Below, in pieces: positions 47,962-59,264 of a DNA stretch of 64,000 nucleotides; positions within the stretch are counted from its first letter, which is position 1, and each line of letters begins with the position of its first letter. The stretch covers positions 128,001 through 192,000 of the forward strand of contig CAVQUB010000012.1 in assembly GCA_963716725.1 (NCBI GenBank), in the 5' to 3' direction. Both the position numbers and the translations under genes were made by a program. The DNA is from an uncultured delta proteobacterium. Its GTDB lineage: Bacteria; Myxococcota_A; Polyangia; Polyangiales; Polyangiaceae. The notes beneath the pieces are model-generated. The model was not told where the DNA came from. It did no database searches and saw only the letters and a list, made by a program, of their open reading frames with translations.

Positions 47962-48657
47962 TCAGCTCGACGCGGCTGCCAAGACCTCCGCCGCCCGGTT
48001 GACGGTGGAGAACAGCCCCCGCGCAAAGAGCAAGCGTCGCTGGGCCTCGGCGAGGTCCCCGGCGCGCCCGGGTGTGGCCGCCGCCAGCAATATGGCTGCG
48101 GAAACGCTCACGTTGAGGCTCTCCACGAAGCCGCGCATGGGGATGCGGACGGAACGCGACGCCGCGGCGGAGAGCGAGCCGGAGATGCCGTCGCGCTCGT
48201 TGCCGAGCACCAGGCACAGGCGCGGCACCCGAGCCAGGTCGCCAGGGACGAGCTCGCCCTTGGGGTGGGTGGCCACCAGCTCGAAGCCGCGCTCGGTCAG
48301 CTCCTGGATGGCGTGGTCGCTCGAAGCGTGCTCGATCACGTCCACCCACCGCTCGGCGCCCTTGGCCACGTTGCCGGAGACCAAGAACTCCTCGTGGCGG
48401 GGCACGACGTGAATGGTCTGAACCCCGAAGGCGTCGCACGAGCGCAGGACCGCCGCGCCGTTGTGGGGATCGTGAGGCGCGTCCATCAGGAGCGTGACCG
48501 AGTCGAGCCGCGCCCCGATCACTTCCGCGAGTCGTGCGCGCCGGCTGTCGAGCACCAGCGGTTCGAGCACGCGGATCACGTCCTCTGCGGTCCACCCCGG
48601 CGCCCAGGGCAAGACGCCATGGGTAGGAGCAAAGACGTCTTCGGACTCGCGGCGCAT
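47962..48657 (-). CDS. trmH: TrmH/SpoU family RNA methyltransferase
   Basis: DPHNGAAVLRSCDAFG, GNERDG, IPMRGFVESLNVSV. Confidence 0.88.
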   Translation of the reverse strand: MRRESEDVFAPTHGVLPWAPGWTAEDVIRVLEPLVLDSRRARLAEVIGARLDSVTLLMDAPHDPHNGAAVLRSCDAFGVQTIHVVPRHEEFLVSGNVAKGAERWVDVIEHASSDHAIQELTERGFELVATHPKGELVPGDLARVPRLCLVLGNERDGISGSLSAAASRSVRIPMRGFVESLNVSVSAAILLAAATPGRAGDLAEAQRRLLFARGLFSTVNRAAEVLAAASS

Positions 48658-48659
48658 GC

Positions 48660-49676
48660 TCAGGCCAGCGCTTGTCCGAGCGCAGCAGTCACCTTGCGCA
48701 GGTCCGTCATCAGCTCGGCGAACATGGCGAAGGTCAGCGCCTGCGGTCCGTCCGAGAGAGCCTTGGGCGGATCGGGATGGACCTCGACGATGGTTCCGTC
48801 GACGCCGGTGGCAGCTGCCGCGCGGGCCATGGGACCCACCGCCTTGGCCACACCGGTGCCATGGGAAGGGTCGACCATGATGGGCAGGTGGGTGATGCCG
48901 CGAAGGATGGGCAATACGCCCAAATCCAGCGTGTTGCGCGTGATCGTCTCGAAGGTCCGGATGCCGCGCTCACACAGAATGACCTGGTAGTTGCCGCGCG
49001 ACACGATGTACTCCGCCGCCATCAGCCACTCGTTGACGGTGCTGGCGATGCCGCGCTTGAGCATCACCGGTTTGCCCAAGGCCCCCACGGCCTCGAGCAA
49101 CGAGAAGTTCTGCATGTTGCGCGCGCCGATCTGCACGATGTCCGCGACCTCTGCGACCATCTTCAAGGTCTCCGTGTCCTTCACCTCGGTGATCACCGGC
49201 ATGCCGGTGATGTCCCGGGCTTCGGCCAAGAGCGCGAGTCCTTCTTCGCGCAGCCCCTGGAAGTCGTAGGGGCTGGTGCGCGGCTTGAAGGCCCCGCCGC
49301 GCAGGATGCGTGCGCCGTGCTCGTGCACGTGGCGGGCCGTCGCGAGAACTTGGTCGCGACTCTCGACCGAGCAGGGCCCCGCCATCACCACGAACGCGCC
49401 GCCGCCGATCTTCACGCCGCGGACGTCGATCACGGTGTCGTCGGGCTTCACCTCGCGGCTCACGAGCTTCCATGGCTTGCTGACCGCGACCGCCTCCTGC
49501 ACTCCGGGCAGGCGGTTGAACATCGCCGGGTCCAGGGCGCCCTTGTTGCCGGTGATCCCGATGGCGACGCGCACCGCTCCGGGGATCTCATTCGGCGTCA
49601 GCCCGAGCTCGCGGATGCGGTCACAAACCTCGCGGACGTGGTCCGCGGTCGCGCTCGAGCTCATCACGATCAACAT
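48660..49676 (-). CDS. aroF: DAHP synthase class I-beta with N-terminal regulatory domain
   Basis: [34 protein letters not shown]. Confidence 0.95.
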   Translation of the reverse strand: MLIVMSSSATADHVREVCDRIRELGLTPNEIPGAVRVAIGITGNKGALDPAMFNRLPGVQEAVAVSKPWKLVSREVKPDDTVIDVRGVKIGGGAFVVMAGPCSVESRDQVLATARHVHEHGARILRGGAFKPRTSPYDFQGLREEGLALLAEARDITGMPVITEVKDTETLKMVAEVADIVQIGARNMQNFSLLEAVGALGKPVMLKRGIASTVNEWLMAAEYIVSRGNYQVILCERGIRTFETITRNTLDLGVLPILRGITHLPIMVDPSHGTGVAKAVGPMARAAAATGVDGTIVEVHPDPPKALSDGPQALTFAMFAELMTDLRKVTAALGQALA

Positions 49677-49820
49677 GGGCGGGTCTCCGGGGGGGCCGAT
49701 GCTCTAGCACGGCGGCGCGGACGGCCCGGGCGCGCCCCGGGCATTTCCGCGGTAATCTGAGGGTTTTGCAGCAGACCGCTGCCGCCGGCGGGGGGCCGTG
49801 CTTATGCTTCGGGAGGTCAC

Positions 49821-50144
49821 ATGGCATCCAAAAACGTTCAACACTTCAACGACGTGAATTTCGACCAAGAGGTCATCAAGTCCGACAAGCCCGTGCTGGT
49901 CGACTTCACCGCGACTTGGTGCGGGCCCTGCAAGGCGCTGGCACCCATCGTCGAGCAGCTCGCGGACGAGCTCAGCGCGGAGATCAAGGTCGGCAAGCTC
50001 GACATCGACGAGTCGCCGGTCACCGCGGGCAAGTTCGGTATCCGCGGGGTGCCCACGGTGATGGTCTTCAAGAACGGCGAACGCGCTGCACAGCACGTCG
50101 GGCTGACGACCAAGGCCAAGCTCAAGGAGCTCATCGGAGTCTGA
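49821..50144 (+). CDS. trxA: Thioredoxin
   Basis: WCGPC; GGAGG RBS. Confidence 0.96.
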   Translation: MASKNVQHFNDVNFDQEVIKSDKPVLVDFTATWCGPCKALAPIVEQLADELSAEIKVGKLDIDESPVTAGKFGIRGVPTVMVFKNGERAAQHVGLTTKAKLKELIGV

Positions 50145-50176
50145 ACCGTCGACGGCTTCTGGTCGGCGTTCACCTC

Positions 50177-51289
50177 GTGACCCTCGCGGCGCACGTCGCG
50201 CCGGTTCTCGCTTGGGCCTCGCTCGTTCGTTGGTGGATCGCGCTCGCGGTCATGCTGGTGGTGTGGGCGCTCAGCGCCCGTCGCGCCCACGCGCTGTTCG
50301 CGGACCCGCCACGAGCGCGCTGGATCACACGCTACGTGGACGAGCCGATGTTCTTGCACTTCGCCGCGGGGCTCGTGGCGCTGCCGCTGTTTTTGATAGG
50401 GGCGCTGGCGATCGGCGCAGCTTCCATCACAGGCTGCTCGCCCTCCGGAGTTCCGCTCCGCGCCCTCGCGCTGCCCCAGGCGGCACTGGCTGCCTTCGGG
50501 GGCGGCCTGGTGGTCGCTGGCTGGGGCCTGTGGGGGCGGCGGCGCTGGGTGAAGACCCGGCGGATCGAGATCGGAATGCGGCGGCTGCACGGCGACCTCG
50601 ACGGGTATCGGATCGCGCACCTCTCGGACCTGCACATCGGCAGCTACGACCGCCGCGCGCGGGGCCTACAGTGGGCGAGATTGGTCAACGCGACCGAGCC
50701 GGATCTCGTAGTCGTGACCGGTGATCTGGTGACCAGCGGCACGGCCTACTACGACGACGCGGCCGCGGTGATCGGCGCGCTGCGAGCGCCGGATGGCGTC
50801 TACGCGGTCTTGGGCAACCACGATCAATGGGACGACGAAGCCCTCGCTCGCGCGCTGGGCGAAAGCGGCGCGCGCGTGCTCCGCAACGAGTGGGTGAAGA
50901 TCCAGCGCGGCTCGGGCGCGTTGCTCCTGGCGGGAGTGGACGACGCCTACACGAGCAAGGACGATCTGGATCGTACGCTCGCGAACCGTCCTGGCGGCGT
51001 GCCGACGGTGCTCTTGGCGCACTACCCAGACTTCTTTCGAGGCGCTCGCGAGCACGGCGTCGAACTCACGCTCAGCGGCCACACTCACGGCGGACAGTTT
51101 GGCCTGCCCTTCCTCGCCGATCGCCTGAACCTCGCCAGGGCGCTGCGCCAGCGCCCTCGGGGCATGGTCCGTCAGGGCGAGAGCGCGCTCTACGTGAACG
51201 CCGGGCTCGGCACGACGGGGCCGCCGCTGCGGATCGGCGTCGCCCCTGAGATCGCGGTGTTGGTGCTGCGCACGGCAGGCGACGGCTGA
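50177..51289 (+). CDS. Membrane-anchored metallophosphoesterase (start uncertain)
   Basis: DLH, GDL, GNHD, GHTHGGQ motifs with N-terminal TM helices. Confidence 0.88.
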   Translation: MTLAAHVAPVLAWASLVRWWIALAVMLVVWALSARRAHALFADPPRARWITRYVDEPMFLHFAAGLVALPLFLIGALAIGAASITGCSPSGVPLRALALPQAALAAFGGGLVVAGWGLWGRRRWVKTRRIEIGMRRLHGDLDGYRIAHLSDLHIGSYDRRARGLQWARLVNATEPDLVVVTGDLVTSGTAYYDDAAAVIGALRAPDGVYAVLGNHDQWDDEALARALGESGARVLRNEWVKIQRGSGALLLAGVDDAYTSKDDLDRTLANRPGGVPTVLLAHYPDFFRGAREHGVELTLSGHTHGGQFGLPFLADRLNLARALRQRPRGMVRQGESALYVNAGLGTTGPPLRIGVAPEIAVLVLRTAGDG

Positions 51290-51299
51290 GCCGGGCGCC

Positions 51300-51638
51300 T
51301 CAGTCGGGACAGCGTGCGCCGCAGCCGCCTTGGTGTTTGCACTCGTTCAAACCGCGGCAGTCGTTGGCGGCGGTCTTGCACCCGCCCTTGCCCTTGCATT
51401 CGTTCATGCCCATGCAGCAGTCCTTCGCTCCGGCGGGCTCATCCGGCCGTGCGGTGCCTCGAGGGCCTACTGGCAGCGCGGGGTCTTCCTCGGTCGCGCT
51501 CGACGGGGCAGCGGGGATCACCAGCGTTTGGGCATCGCCCGGGGCTGGCGGCGCTTGCCGGGCCGATGCGCACGCCACGGTTGCGCCCGCCATGAGGCCG
51601 ACGGCAGCGGAGCGCGCGACGGTCGACACGGGTTTCAT
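51300..51638 (-). CDS. Exported peptide with BufA2/bufferin-like Cys-rich C-terminus
   Basis: Signal/lipobox TVAC; CCMGMNECKGKGGC...CRGLNECKHQGGC. Confidence 0.65.
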   Translation of the reverse strand: MKPVSTVARSAAVGLMAGATVACASARQAPPAPGDAQTLVIPAAPSSATEEDPALPVGPRGTARPDEPAGAKDCCMGMNECKGKGGCKTAANDCRGLNECKHQGGCGARCPD

Positions 51639-51694
51639 CGCAAAGAGCGTAGTGTGGTCGCGTTTGGGCCACAACGCCCGGGGAGGTCCCCGCC

Positions 51695-53254
51695 TCAGCC
51701 AATGGCTTCGAGCACCAACAACGCGGACGACAGCGGCGCGATGACGGTGGCGATCTCCAAGCCTCGCGCGGTGGTGGTGGGCACGCCGAGGGCGGCGACA
51801 GCGATGCCTTCCTGCCGCCCGTTGATGGCGTGGACCCGGGCACGCCATCGCAGTGCAGCCCTGGTACCCACGAAACGCAACGAGATCGTGCGGGGGACCA
51901 AGTGGAGGCTGGAGACCACCAGGCCCAGCGTGTTCCCGTCCGCAGCGCGCAGTCCCTGCAGCGTCAGCACGCCATCGTCTTCGTAGCCTGTCGCGCAGCG
52001 TTCCGGAGTGGAGGCGCGGCTGAGCCGCATCAGCTCTTCGTGCAGCCCCAGCCTCAACGGCCGCGCATGCTTCGAGAAGAAGCCCGCGATGGCAGAGCGA
52101 TCTTGCTCCGGCTGTCGACCCTCGGGGAAGGCCCGGCGATTGGCGCGGTAGTAGTACGAGCCGGTCACTACGCCCTGCCAGCGCAGCTTGCAGGCCACCG
52201 CGTATGCGGCGAGCGCGCTCGCGAACATCTTCTGGTCCGCCTCGCTCGCCGTGGCAGCGCGAGCGGGTCCGACGTCGAGGAGTTGCTTCGCGAAGTCCCC
52301 CGCCTGCCACTCGGTGTTCCAGAGCGCCGTTCGCTGCATGCCCTTGCGATCGAGCAGCCCGCGAATCGCCCGGGCGAGCCGGCCGTTGGCGGCAGGTGAG
52401 ACATCTGAACCGTAAGTGTGGAAGCTGAAGACGGGCAGATCGAGCTTCGCGGCGAGCAGTCGGTCGAGCCCCGCTGCGAAGCGTGGCTCCCAGCGTTTCC
52501 ACTCGGCGAGAGAGAGCGGAATGCCCGGCCCCACCGCACGCACGGGTGTGTTCGGGTGAGTCGCATTGTAGCGCGCGACGAGGCCAAGAAATTCGGCGAA
52601 CGCCGGGAAGAGCCGCGTCGCGTGGGCTCCCGAGAATCCCCCGAGCCCATCTGGTTCGTTCAAGAACTCCGCGTTGCGCACGGAGTGCTCGAAGCCGTTG
52701 GCCCAGCCGTTGTTGAAGTGCTCGAGACAGCGCGACACCACGCGGGCCCAGCGAGTGAGATCGTCGGGTGGCTGCCCCCCCAGATTGAGGCCGACCCAGC
52801 GATCCGAGCGCCCCACGTCGTACGAGGCCTGCCACAAGACCTCCGCGCCGACGGCACGAGCCGCGCTGACGTGACGATCGATGCCTTCGAAGGAGTAGCT
52901 CGCGATGGCGTCGGGATCGGCGTTTGCATTCTGAAATATACCGCCGAGCGTCAGCGTGTTGGGCAGGCAATCCTGGGGAAAGCGCGCGTGCTCGAGGCCC
53001 AACGCGCGGAAGCCCGCACTCAGATCCGGCTCGCCCTCGAGGATAGGACCGGGTGAACCCTGGACTCCGGACAGGCGATCGAAGGCACCAACGCTCGCGC
53101 CCGCGTCCACTTCGACGCTCACCCCGAGTGCCGGTGTGGCGTCTGACCCCGGAGGAGTCGCGGCTCTCGACCCGCTCCGTCGTCGGCAGCCGACGATGGT
53201 CGACATCAGCGGCCCAACCATCACCCTGCCGAAGCCGCGGCGACTCAGGCTCAC
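51695..53254 (-). CDS. Clan GH-A glycoside hydrolase (GH39-like) with Tat-like signal
   Basis: SRRGF leader; EFLNEPD acid/base; FSFHTY; NTEW nucleophile. Confidence 0.75.
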   Translation of the reverse strand: MSLSRRGFGRVMVGPLMSTIVGCRRRSGSRAATPPGSDATPALGVSVEVDAGASVGAFDRLSGVQGSPGPILEGEPDLSAGFRALGLEHARFPQDCLPNTLTLGGIFQNANADPDAIASYSFEGIDRHVSAARAVGAEVLWQASYDVGRSDRWVGLNLGGQPPDDLTRWARVVSRCLEHFNNGWANGFEHSVRNAEFLNEPDGLGGFSGAHATRLFPAFAEFLGLVARYNATHPNTPVRAVGPGIPLSLAEWKRWEPRFAAGLDRLLAAKLDLPVFSFHTYGSDVSPAANGRLARAIRGLLDRKGMQRTALWNTEWQAGDFAKQLLDVGPARAATASEADQKMFASALAAYAVACKLRWQGVVTGSYYYRANRRAFPEGRQPEQDRSAIAGFFSKHARPLRLGLHEELMRLSRASTPERCATGYEDDGVLTLQGLRAADGNTLGLVVSSLHLVPRTISLRFVGTRAALRWRARVHAINGRQEGIAVAALGVPTTTARGLEIATVIAPLSSALLVLEAIG

Positions 53255-53391
53255 GCTCCCACTCCGCGCCCTTGGGTCATCAACCCCTCATTGAATCATG
53301 CCGCCCGGGGCCGAGGTGACGTTCCGCCCAAGATCGCGGCATTTGAGCGGTCACCGCGCCCGGCGATCCGGAGTAACATCGCTCCGTCCCG

Positions 53392-56300
53392 ATGAAATCC
53401 CACCCGGTCACTCGGCGAGCGCTCCGCGCTGCGGGCGTGGTCGCGACCGCCGGCCTCTTGGTCGGGGGCGTGATGGCGGCGTGCAGCGGCGTGCAGCCAC
53501 CGGCTCGGCCGCGCGACTCGCTGCTCGACTCGGCTCGTGCGCAGAGCACCTTCGCGTCCCCGGCGTCCTGGCGCTACCACCCGCGCACCGAGGCGCCGCT
53601 ACTGTCGCGAGTCGAACTCTCGGACGGAACTCTGCTCTACGCCGGCGAACGCGGCGAGCGCTGGCAGGTCGTGAAGAAGTCCAGCGTCGTGCGCGCGGCC
53701 GCGCGGCTGGCGCCCGAGCCGCTGATCGCCATCCTTCAACTGGAAGATGGCGGCTGGCTCTTCGTCGGGCAGAGCGGGACCGGCTACGAAGCGCGGGAGC
53801 CCCTGGGGCCCTTCGTGCGAACCAGCGCGCCCGTGGACAAGCTCTCGAGGGTCAGCGCTGCGGGCACCAGCGTGGTCGGCATCACTCGCGACGGTCAGTT
53901 GGTCCAGAGCCCCGACGCGGGCGCCACCTGGAATCCGGTCGGTCCCGAGCGCACTCGCTTCGTCGACGTGATGCTCGCGGATTCGAAGAAGGGCATCGCG
54001 CTGGCGGTGCCCGAAGCGATGTTCGAGACAAAAGACGGCGGGTCCGTTTGGACGAAGCTCGACGCGCCGAGCATGGGCGCGCTCGCCCTCGGGTGGGATG
54101 ACAGGGCGGGGATCGCCGTTCAAACTGCGCTTTCGTGGGCGCGATGGGACTCCGCGACCAGTTCCTTCCCGCCGCTGGGGCGCACGCCTGCGAAGGGGCG
54201 TTTCAAGCTTGCCGCGCGTCCGTCGCGGGGGCCCGACGCCAACGCGCTCGCGGAGGGACGAGCGATCGTGGTCGGCGGCCAGTATCTCGAGCTCGCCTCG
54301 GACGACGTCCCGAGCAGTCGCAGCAGGCCATCGTCGTCTCGACAGTGGACGGCGTGGCGGGGGCCGGTGGGGGGACCGCTCGAGTCGAAGCCCCTCGACG
54401 CCGCGGACGGTTGTCAGGCAGTTCGCGTTGCAGGGGCAGACCGGCACCTGTACCTCGCGTGCTCGCGCAGCGGCAGTGGGGTGAATCAGACCATCTTCAT
54501 CCACAAGAGCGACGATGGCGGCAAGACCTTCGAGCGCGAGGACTACTCGGCCGAAGGGCGAATTGGCGAGCTCGTCCTGGCGGTCAATCGCGACGGTGCC
54601 CTGGCGGTGACGGGGATTTGTGCCCCGCACACCAGCTCCCGGGGGTGTCTGCCCTACGGCATTCATCACCGGCGCCTCGCGCCCGTCGACGCCGGCGCCG
54701 AAGGCGGAAGGGACAAACGCGACTCGAAAGCCTCGAAGCCCGACGCCGGGAGCGAGCAGTCGAAGAAGAAGCGTGAGCCGGCCGAGCGACAGTGGGAGCT
54801 CGCGCCCTCGGTGACGCCCTCGCTGAAGGGCGCCGCATTGGCCATGACTTACTCGCCGGACGGGCGCACGTTGCTCGCGGTCGGGCGCCGCACCAAGGAC
54901 ACCGGGCTCGCGGTCTTCATCTCCAAAGACGGCGGAGCGTCGTTTGAAGGACGCGAGATTCGAGCAGCTTCCGGCGGGCGTCGATGACCCGCCGGAGGTC
55001 GAAGAGCGCTGGGCGCGTCCTCCCTCGAGTCCGACTTCGACCATCAGCTCGGTCGGTGCCGCTGAAGATGGCACCTTCTCCATCGTCTTCAAGAATACGG
55101 GAGCGCCGACCTTGGTCGTGGTGGACGACGAGGGCCGGGTGATCTCCCATGCGCGCGCGCCGGGAGAGGCCAACAACGTCGGCGCGGTCGGCACCCGCGC
55201 CATGGCGTTCTCGGAGACGACGCGCATGGCCTGGGAGTCCCTCGACGGAGGCGCGACCTGGGATTCGATTGGGCGGCTGCCCGTGAGCATGTGTCGGCCC
55301 GAGTCTCCACGCTGCACCTCCACCGTGCGCTGCCACGTCGGCGGCTGTGTCATCGGCAGCGAGCTGTCCCGGGTCGGATGGCGCGGGCAGTCCGACGACG
55401 ACCAAGGTGTCTTCACGCCCGGAGGCAGCGCCTTCGGCGACGTCTTCGATCGCAAGGTGCGCACTCCCTTCGCCTGCTCGCTCGACGAGAAGACCTGGCA
55501 GGTCATCGAGGGCGTGGCGACGCCGCCCGCGGCCAAGAGCGCAGCCATCGGCAAGGTCGCCTGGTACGCCCTCGTGCAAGACGAGCAGAAGGCGAGCGCG
55601 CGGGTGATCCACGCGCACGGCGGAGCGAAGCCCCACCTCGAAACGATTCAGCTGCTGGCCCCGGTGACAAAACCCAGCGACTACGCCTTCACCGCCACCA
55701 CCCAGGTCGAAGGCGCAGTCGCGTTGCGGTATCCGGCTCCCGAGGTCGGGCACACCTCCCTCAAGAACGTCGAGGTGAGCTGGGACAACTTGTTCGAGGG
55801 CAAGGTCGTTCGGCAGCGCGTCGCGGACGCCGGCCCGGTTCAGATCAACGACTTCCGACGGAGCGGCTTCGTCGCGCAGCGCGCCCAACCCAACCTGCTC
55901 AGCATCGCCTCCGGTGGTCTCTACCTGCGCATCCACTACTCGGCGGGCGAAGCGCAAACGACGTCATTTCTCGACGGACGCACGGTCACCAGCGTGCCTG
56001 CCGTGACCTGGCCTGGCTCGTCCGCCTACGGCACGCGCGCGGAGATGGTGCACGTGGGCGGGGCGCACGTTCCCATCATGATGGTTGGGGCCGGGGCCGC
56101 GTTGATCCGTGCGCGCCGGGACGGCAGTGGCTGGACCTTCGACGCCCTCGCGACCGGTCTGGCCGAGCCGACCCGCTTCGGTCTGACGCAGGTGCGCGAT
56201 CTGGCCTATTCCAAGGGCGTCGCCGGCCTCTCCGTCGCCGCCTGGGACGTCGAAGGAACGCGGCGCGAGAGCCGGCTGTTTCCCATCCGGGCGACCGGCG

Positions 56301-56755
56301 CAGTCGCGGATCCCGCCATCGCCCTACCCACCCAGCTCGACGCCGGGGAAAGACCCAATCGCTGCGGCAGTGTCCACAAGAGCGACACTCCGCGTGTCGT
56401 TGGCCAATTCCAGGGCGGCACTCGCCATCCGATCATCGTGACGGACACCTCCGAGCCCATGCGCGTGCTGCTCACGGGGCAGGCGGTGATGCACGGCACA
56501 CCGAAGGAGGCTTGCGTCGCGGCCTTCGAGGCCGAGGTCGTGAGCATCGACCCCACCCTGGGTGCGCCGGAGCAAGAGCGCGCCATCGTCGTCATGGACG
56601 ATCTGGAGCACTCGTGGATCTTCCGCACCGCTTACGGCGGGATGGGCGAGCCCCGGGTCGAGTACCGCAGCATGAGCTGCCGATTCGACCCGAGCCTGGA
56701 GCCCCCAGTGGAGATCTTCGGGCAGGCCGGCACGCGAGTGCGCCGCGCCAAATGA
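53392..56755 (+). CDS. Large BNR/Asp-box repeat lipoprotein with a +1 frameshift at ~54959 (about 1120 aa when repaired)
   Basis: Lipobox MAAC; S.DGG.TW repeats on both sides of the break; the second ORF has no convincing start. Confidence 0.72.
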
Positions 56756-56804
56756 GACAGCGCGCGGTGGACACGCTGCGAGCACCGCGTTAGGTCTGGA
56801 GCCG

Positions 56805-58106
56805 ATGATTCCGCGCTACACACCACCAGAGATCGCCGAGCTCTGGTCCGACCGGAACCGCTACGCGGTGTGGCTCGAGGTCGAGCTCTGCGCCTGCGAG
56901 GCGATGGAGCGCGCCGGCCTAGTGCCGCCTGGGACCGCAGCGGAGATCCGGGCACTCGAGCTGAAGCCCGACCCCGATGAAATCGATCGGATCGAGCGCA
57001 CGACGCGTCACGACGTCATCGCCTTCCTGAGTCACGTAGAGCAGAAAGCGGGCGCTCCGGCCCGCTGGCTGCACCGAGGCATGACGTCGAGCGACGTGCT
57101 CGATTCGAGCTTTGCGCTGCTCTTGGTGCAAGCCACGGATCTGCTGCTCTCGCGTTCCGATCGGTTGGTCGCGGCTCTCGAGCGTCGGGCCAAAGAGCAC
57201 GTGAAGACCCCGCTCATCGGTCGCTCCCACGGCATCCACGCCGAGCCCGTCACTTTCGGGATCGTGCTCGGCGGCCATTTGGCCGAGGTGAAGCGCGGCC
57301 GCGCGCGTTTGCGGGCCGCGCGCCGGGAGATCGCCGTGGGCAAGATCGCGGGCGCGGTCGGTACCTACGCGCACCTCTCACCGGAGATCGAGCGCGAGGC
57401 GCTGGCGAAGCTCGGGCTCGAGCCCGAGACGGTGGCAACCCAGGTTGTCGCGCGAGATCGCCACGCCGCGTTCTTCTCCGCCTGCGCGCTTCTGGCGGCC
57501 GCCATCGAGCGCTTGGCCACCAACATCCGCCACTGGCAACGCTCCGAGGTGGGCGAGGCGGAGGAGCTCTTCGGCAAAGGCCAGAAGGGTTCGAGCGCGA
57601 TGCCGCACAAGCGCAACCCCATCCTGAGCGAGAACCTGTGTGGGTTGGCCCGGGTCGTGCGAGCGGCCGTCGTGCCTGCACTCGAGAACGTCTCGCTCTG
57701 GCACGAGCGCGACATCTCGCACTCCAGCGTCGAGCGCATGATAGCCCCGGACGTGACCGCCACCCTCGGGTTCATGCTCGAGCGCACCGTCTCCGTAGTC
57801 GAGGGCCTCGTGGTCTATCCCGAGCGCATGCTGGAGAACCTCGAGCGCTCCGGCGGGCTGTTCTTCAGCGAGGCCGTGATGCTCGAGCTCGTGCAGAAGG
57901 GTCTGGCGCGACAGAACGCCTACGAGCTCGTTCAGCACAACGCCATGGCCGCGTTCAACGGCGCCGGGGAATTCAAGCGCCTGCTCCTGGCAGATCCGAA
58001 AATCCGCGAGCACCTCGCTCCGGCCGAGGTCGAGCGCTGCTTTGATCTCGACCACGCGCTCCGCTGGGCCGAGGCACTGGTCGATCGCGCCGTCGCCGCC
58101 GACTGA
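56805..58106 (+). CDS. purB: Adenylosuccinate lyase
   Basis: MIPRY start; [30 protein letters not shown]. Confidence 0.97.
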   Translation: MIPRYTPPEIAELWSDRNRYAVWLEVELCACEAMERAGLVPPGTAAEIRALELKPDPDEIDRIERTTRHDVIAFLSHVEQKAGAPARWLHRGMTSSDVLDSSFALLLVQATDLLLSRSDRLVAALERRAKEHVKTPLIGRSHGIHAEPVTFGIVLGGHLAEVKRGRARLRAARREIAVGKIAGAVGTYAHLSPEIEREALAKLGLEPETVATQVVARDRHAAFFSACALLAAAIERLATNIRHWQRSEVGEAEELFGKGQKGSSAMPHKRNPILSENLCGLARVVRAAVVPALENVSLWHERDISHSSVERMIAPDVTATLGFMLERTVSVVEGLVVYPERMLENLERSGGLFFSEAVMLELVQKGLARQNAYELVQHNAMAAFNGAGEFKRLLLADPKIREHLAPAEVERCFDLDHALRWAEALVDRAVAAD

Positions 58107-58158
58107 AGCCCGAAATTGGTCCGGGCCGGCCCATCGGGAGTAAGCCACGACTCCCACC

Positions 58159-58467
58159 ATGGCTATCCTGACGCGCGCGGAACTCGCGCACTACCCCGGA
58201 ATGACGGCTACTGAGCAGGCCTTGGCCGAGCACCGCGAGCGGGGAGGGCCGACGGTTGCGCGAGCGAAGTCGATCTCGAAGGGGTCGGAGCGCGGAGCAG
58301 TGCCGCTGCCTCTGGTGTTGGATCTCCGGCCCTTCCCTGGTCGTGACCGCGCCGATCGGATCAAGGCCTGGCTGGTCGCTCACACGCCGCGGGCGGCCAC
58401 CTGGTCGGACGAAACGCTGCGCGAGCTGTCGTCGAGAATCGCGGCTACGAGCCGCCTCATCGAGTGA
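58159..58467 (+). CDS. Small hypothetical protein
   Basis: Open frame filling the gap between purB and the GT2 gene; start may be 58201. Confidence 0.35.
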   Translation: MAILTRAELAHYPGMTATEQALAEHRERGGPTVARAKSISKGSERGAVPLPLVLDLRPFPGRDRADRIKAWLVAHTPRAATWSDETLRELSSRIAATSRLIE

Positions 58468-59191
58468 CCGCCGCCAGCAGGGCGCGCGGCGCAGCGGTGC
58501 CCAGCACGGATCGACGCAAGATGACTCCTGCGATCGAGGCAAGGTGCCAGGGCCGGAGCCCGCTCGATTCATCGCGATAGACGGGCCGAACGGGCACCTC
58601 GACCACGCGAAAGCTCCCCTGCGCCAACACTCCCAAGATGTCGTTGGGATAGCCGTAGCGAGGCCAGATGCTCCCGAGATCGATGCGCTCGAGGGTCGAG
58701 CGGGCGATGGCCGTGAACCCGCACTGGGTGTCGTCCACGTCCAGGCCCGTTGCCGCGCGCGTGAGCAAGGAGAGCGCCCGGCTGCCCATGCGCCGGGTCA
58801 GCGGCATGTCCGTCGCGGCCGCATGCACGAAGCGATTTCCCTTCACGTAGTCTGCTCGTCCCGCTACGACGGGAGCGATGACACGCGGCAAGTCGTCGGG
58901 ATCCATCTGCGCGTCACCGGCCATCACCGCGACGACGTCCGCTCCGAGCGCGAGCGCGCGGGCGTAGCCCGTGGTGATGGCGGCGCCGACGCCGAGGTTT
59001 CTTGGGTGGCGCACGGTTTCCACGCGCGGATCTTCGACCGAGCGTGCAACGCGGCTGGTGCCGTCCGGGCTCGCGTCGTCCACGACCACGATCGAGTCGA
59101 CGAACTCGGGCATACCGCCCAGCGTCTTGGGCAGGAGCCGCGCTTCGCAGTAGGCCGGAACCACGACTGCTACGCGCGCTCCTTGGAACAT
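58457..59191 (-). CDS. Glycosyltransferase family 2
   Basis: VVVPAY.E, VDDASPD, GDAQMDP, DTQCGF. Confidence 0.9.
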   Translation of the reverse strand: MFQGARVAVVVPAYCEARLLPKTLGGMPEFVDSIVVVDDASPDGTSRVARSVEDPRVETVRHPRNLGVGAAITTGYARALALGADVVAVMAGDAQMDPDDLPRVIAPVVAGRADYVKGNRFVHAAATDMPLTRRMGSRALSLLTRAATGLDVDDTQCGFTAIARSTLERIDLGSIWPRYGYPNDILGVLAQGSFRVVEVPVRPVYRDESSGLRPWHLASIAGVILRRSVLGTAAPRALLAAVTR

Positions 59192-59264
59192 GCTCGTGTC
59201 GGTAGCGTGGTTCGGCGGAGACGTCCATTGGGTTCGATGCGTATCTGGGCTACATCGACCGGCC

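Noticed and set aside
49766..51289. 507-aa ORF spanning trxA as a real N-terminal extension
   Set aside because: The N-terminal ~135 aa are off-frame Arg-rich sequence over trxA; the real phosphoesterase starts after the trxA stop.
58107..58158. tRNA or ncRNA after purB
   Set aside because: Only short hairpins (gggagt/actccc), with no cloverleaf or T-loop signature.
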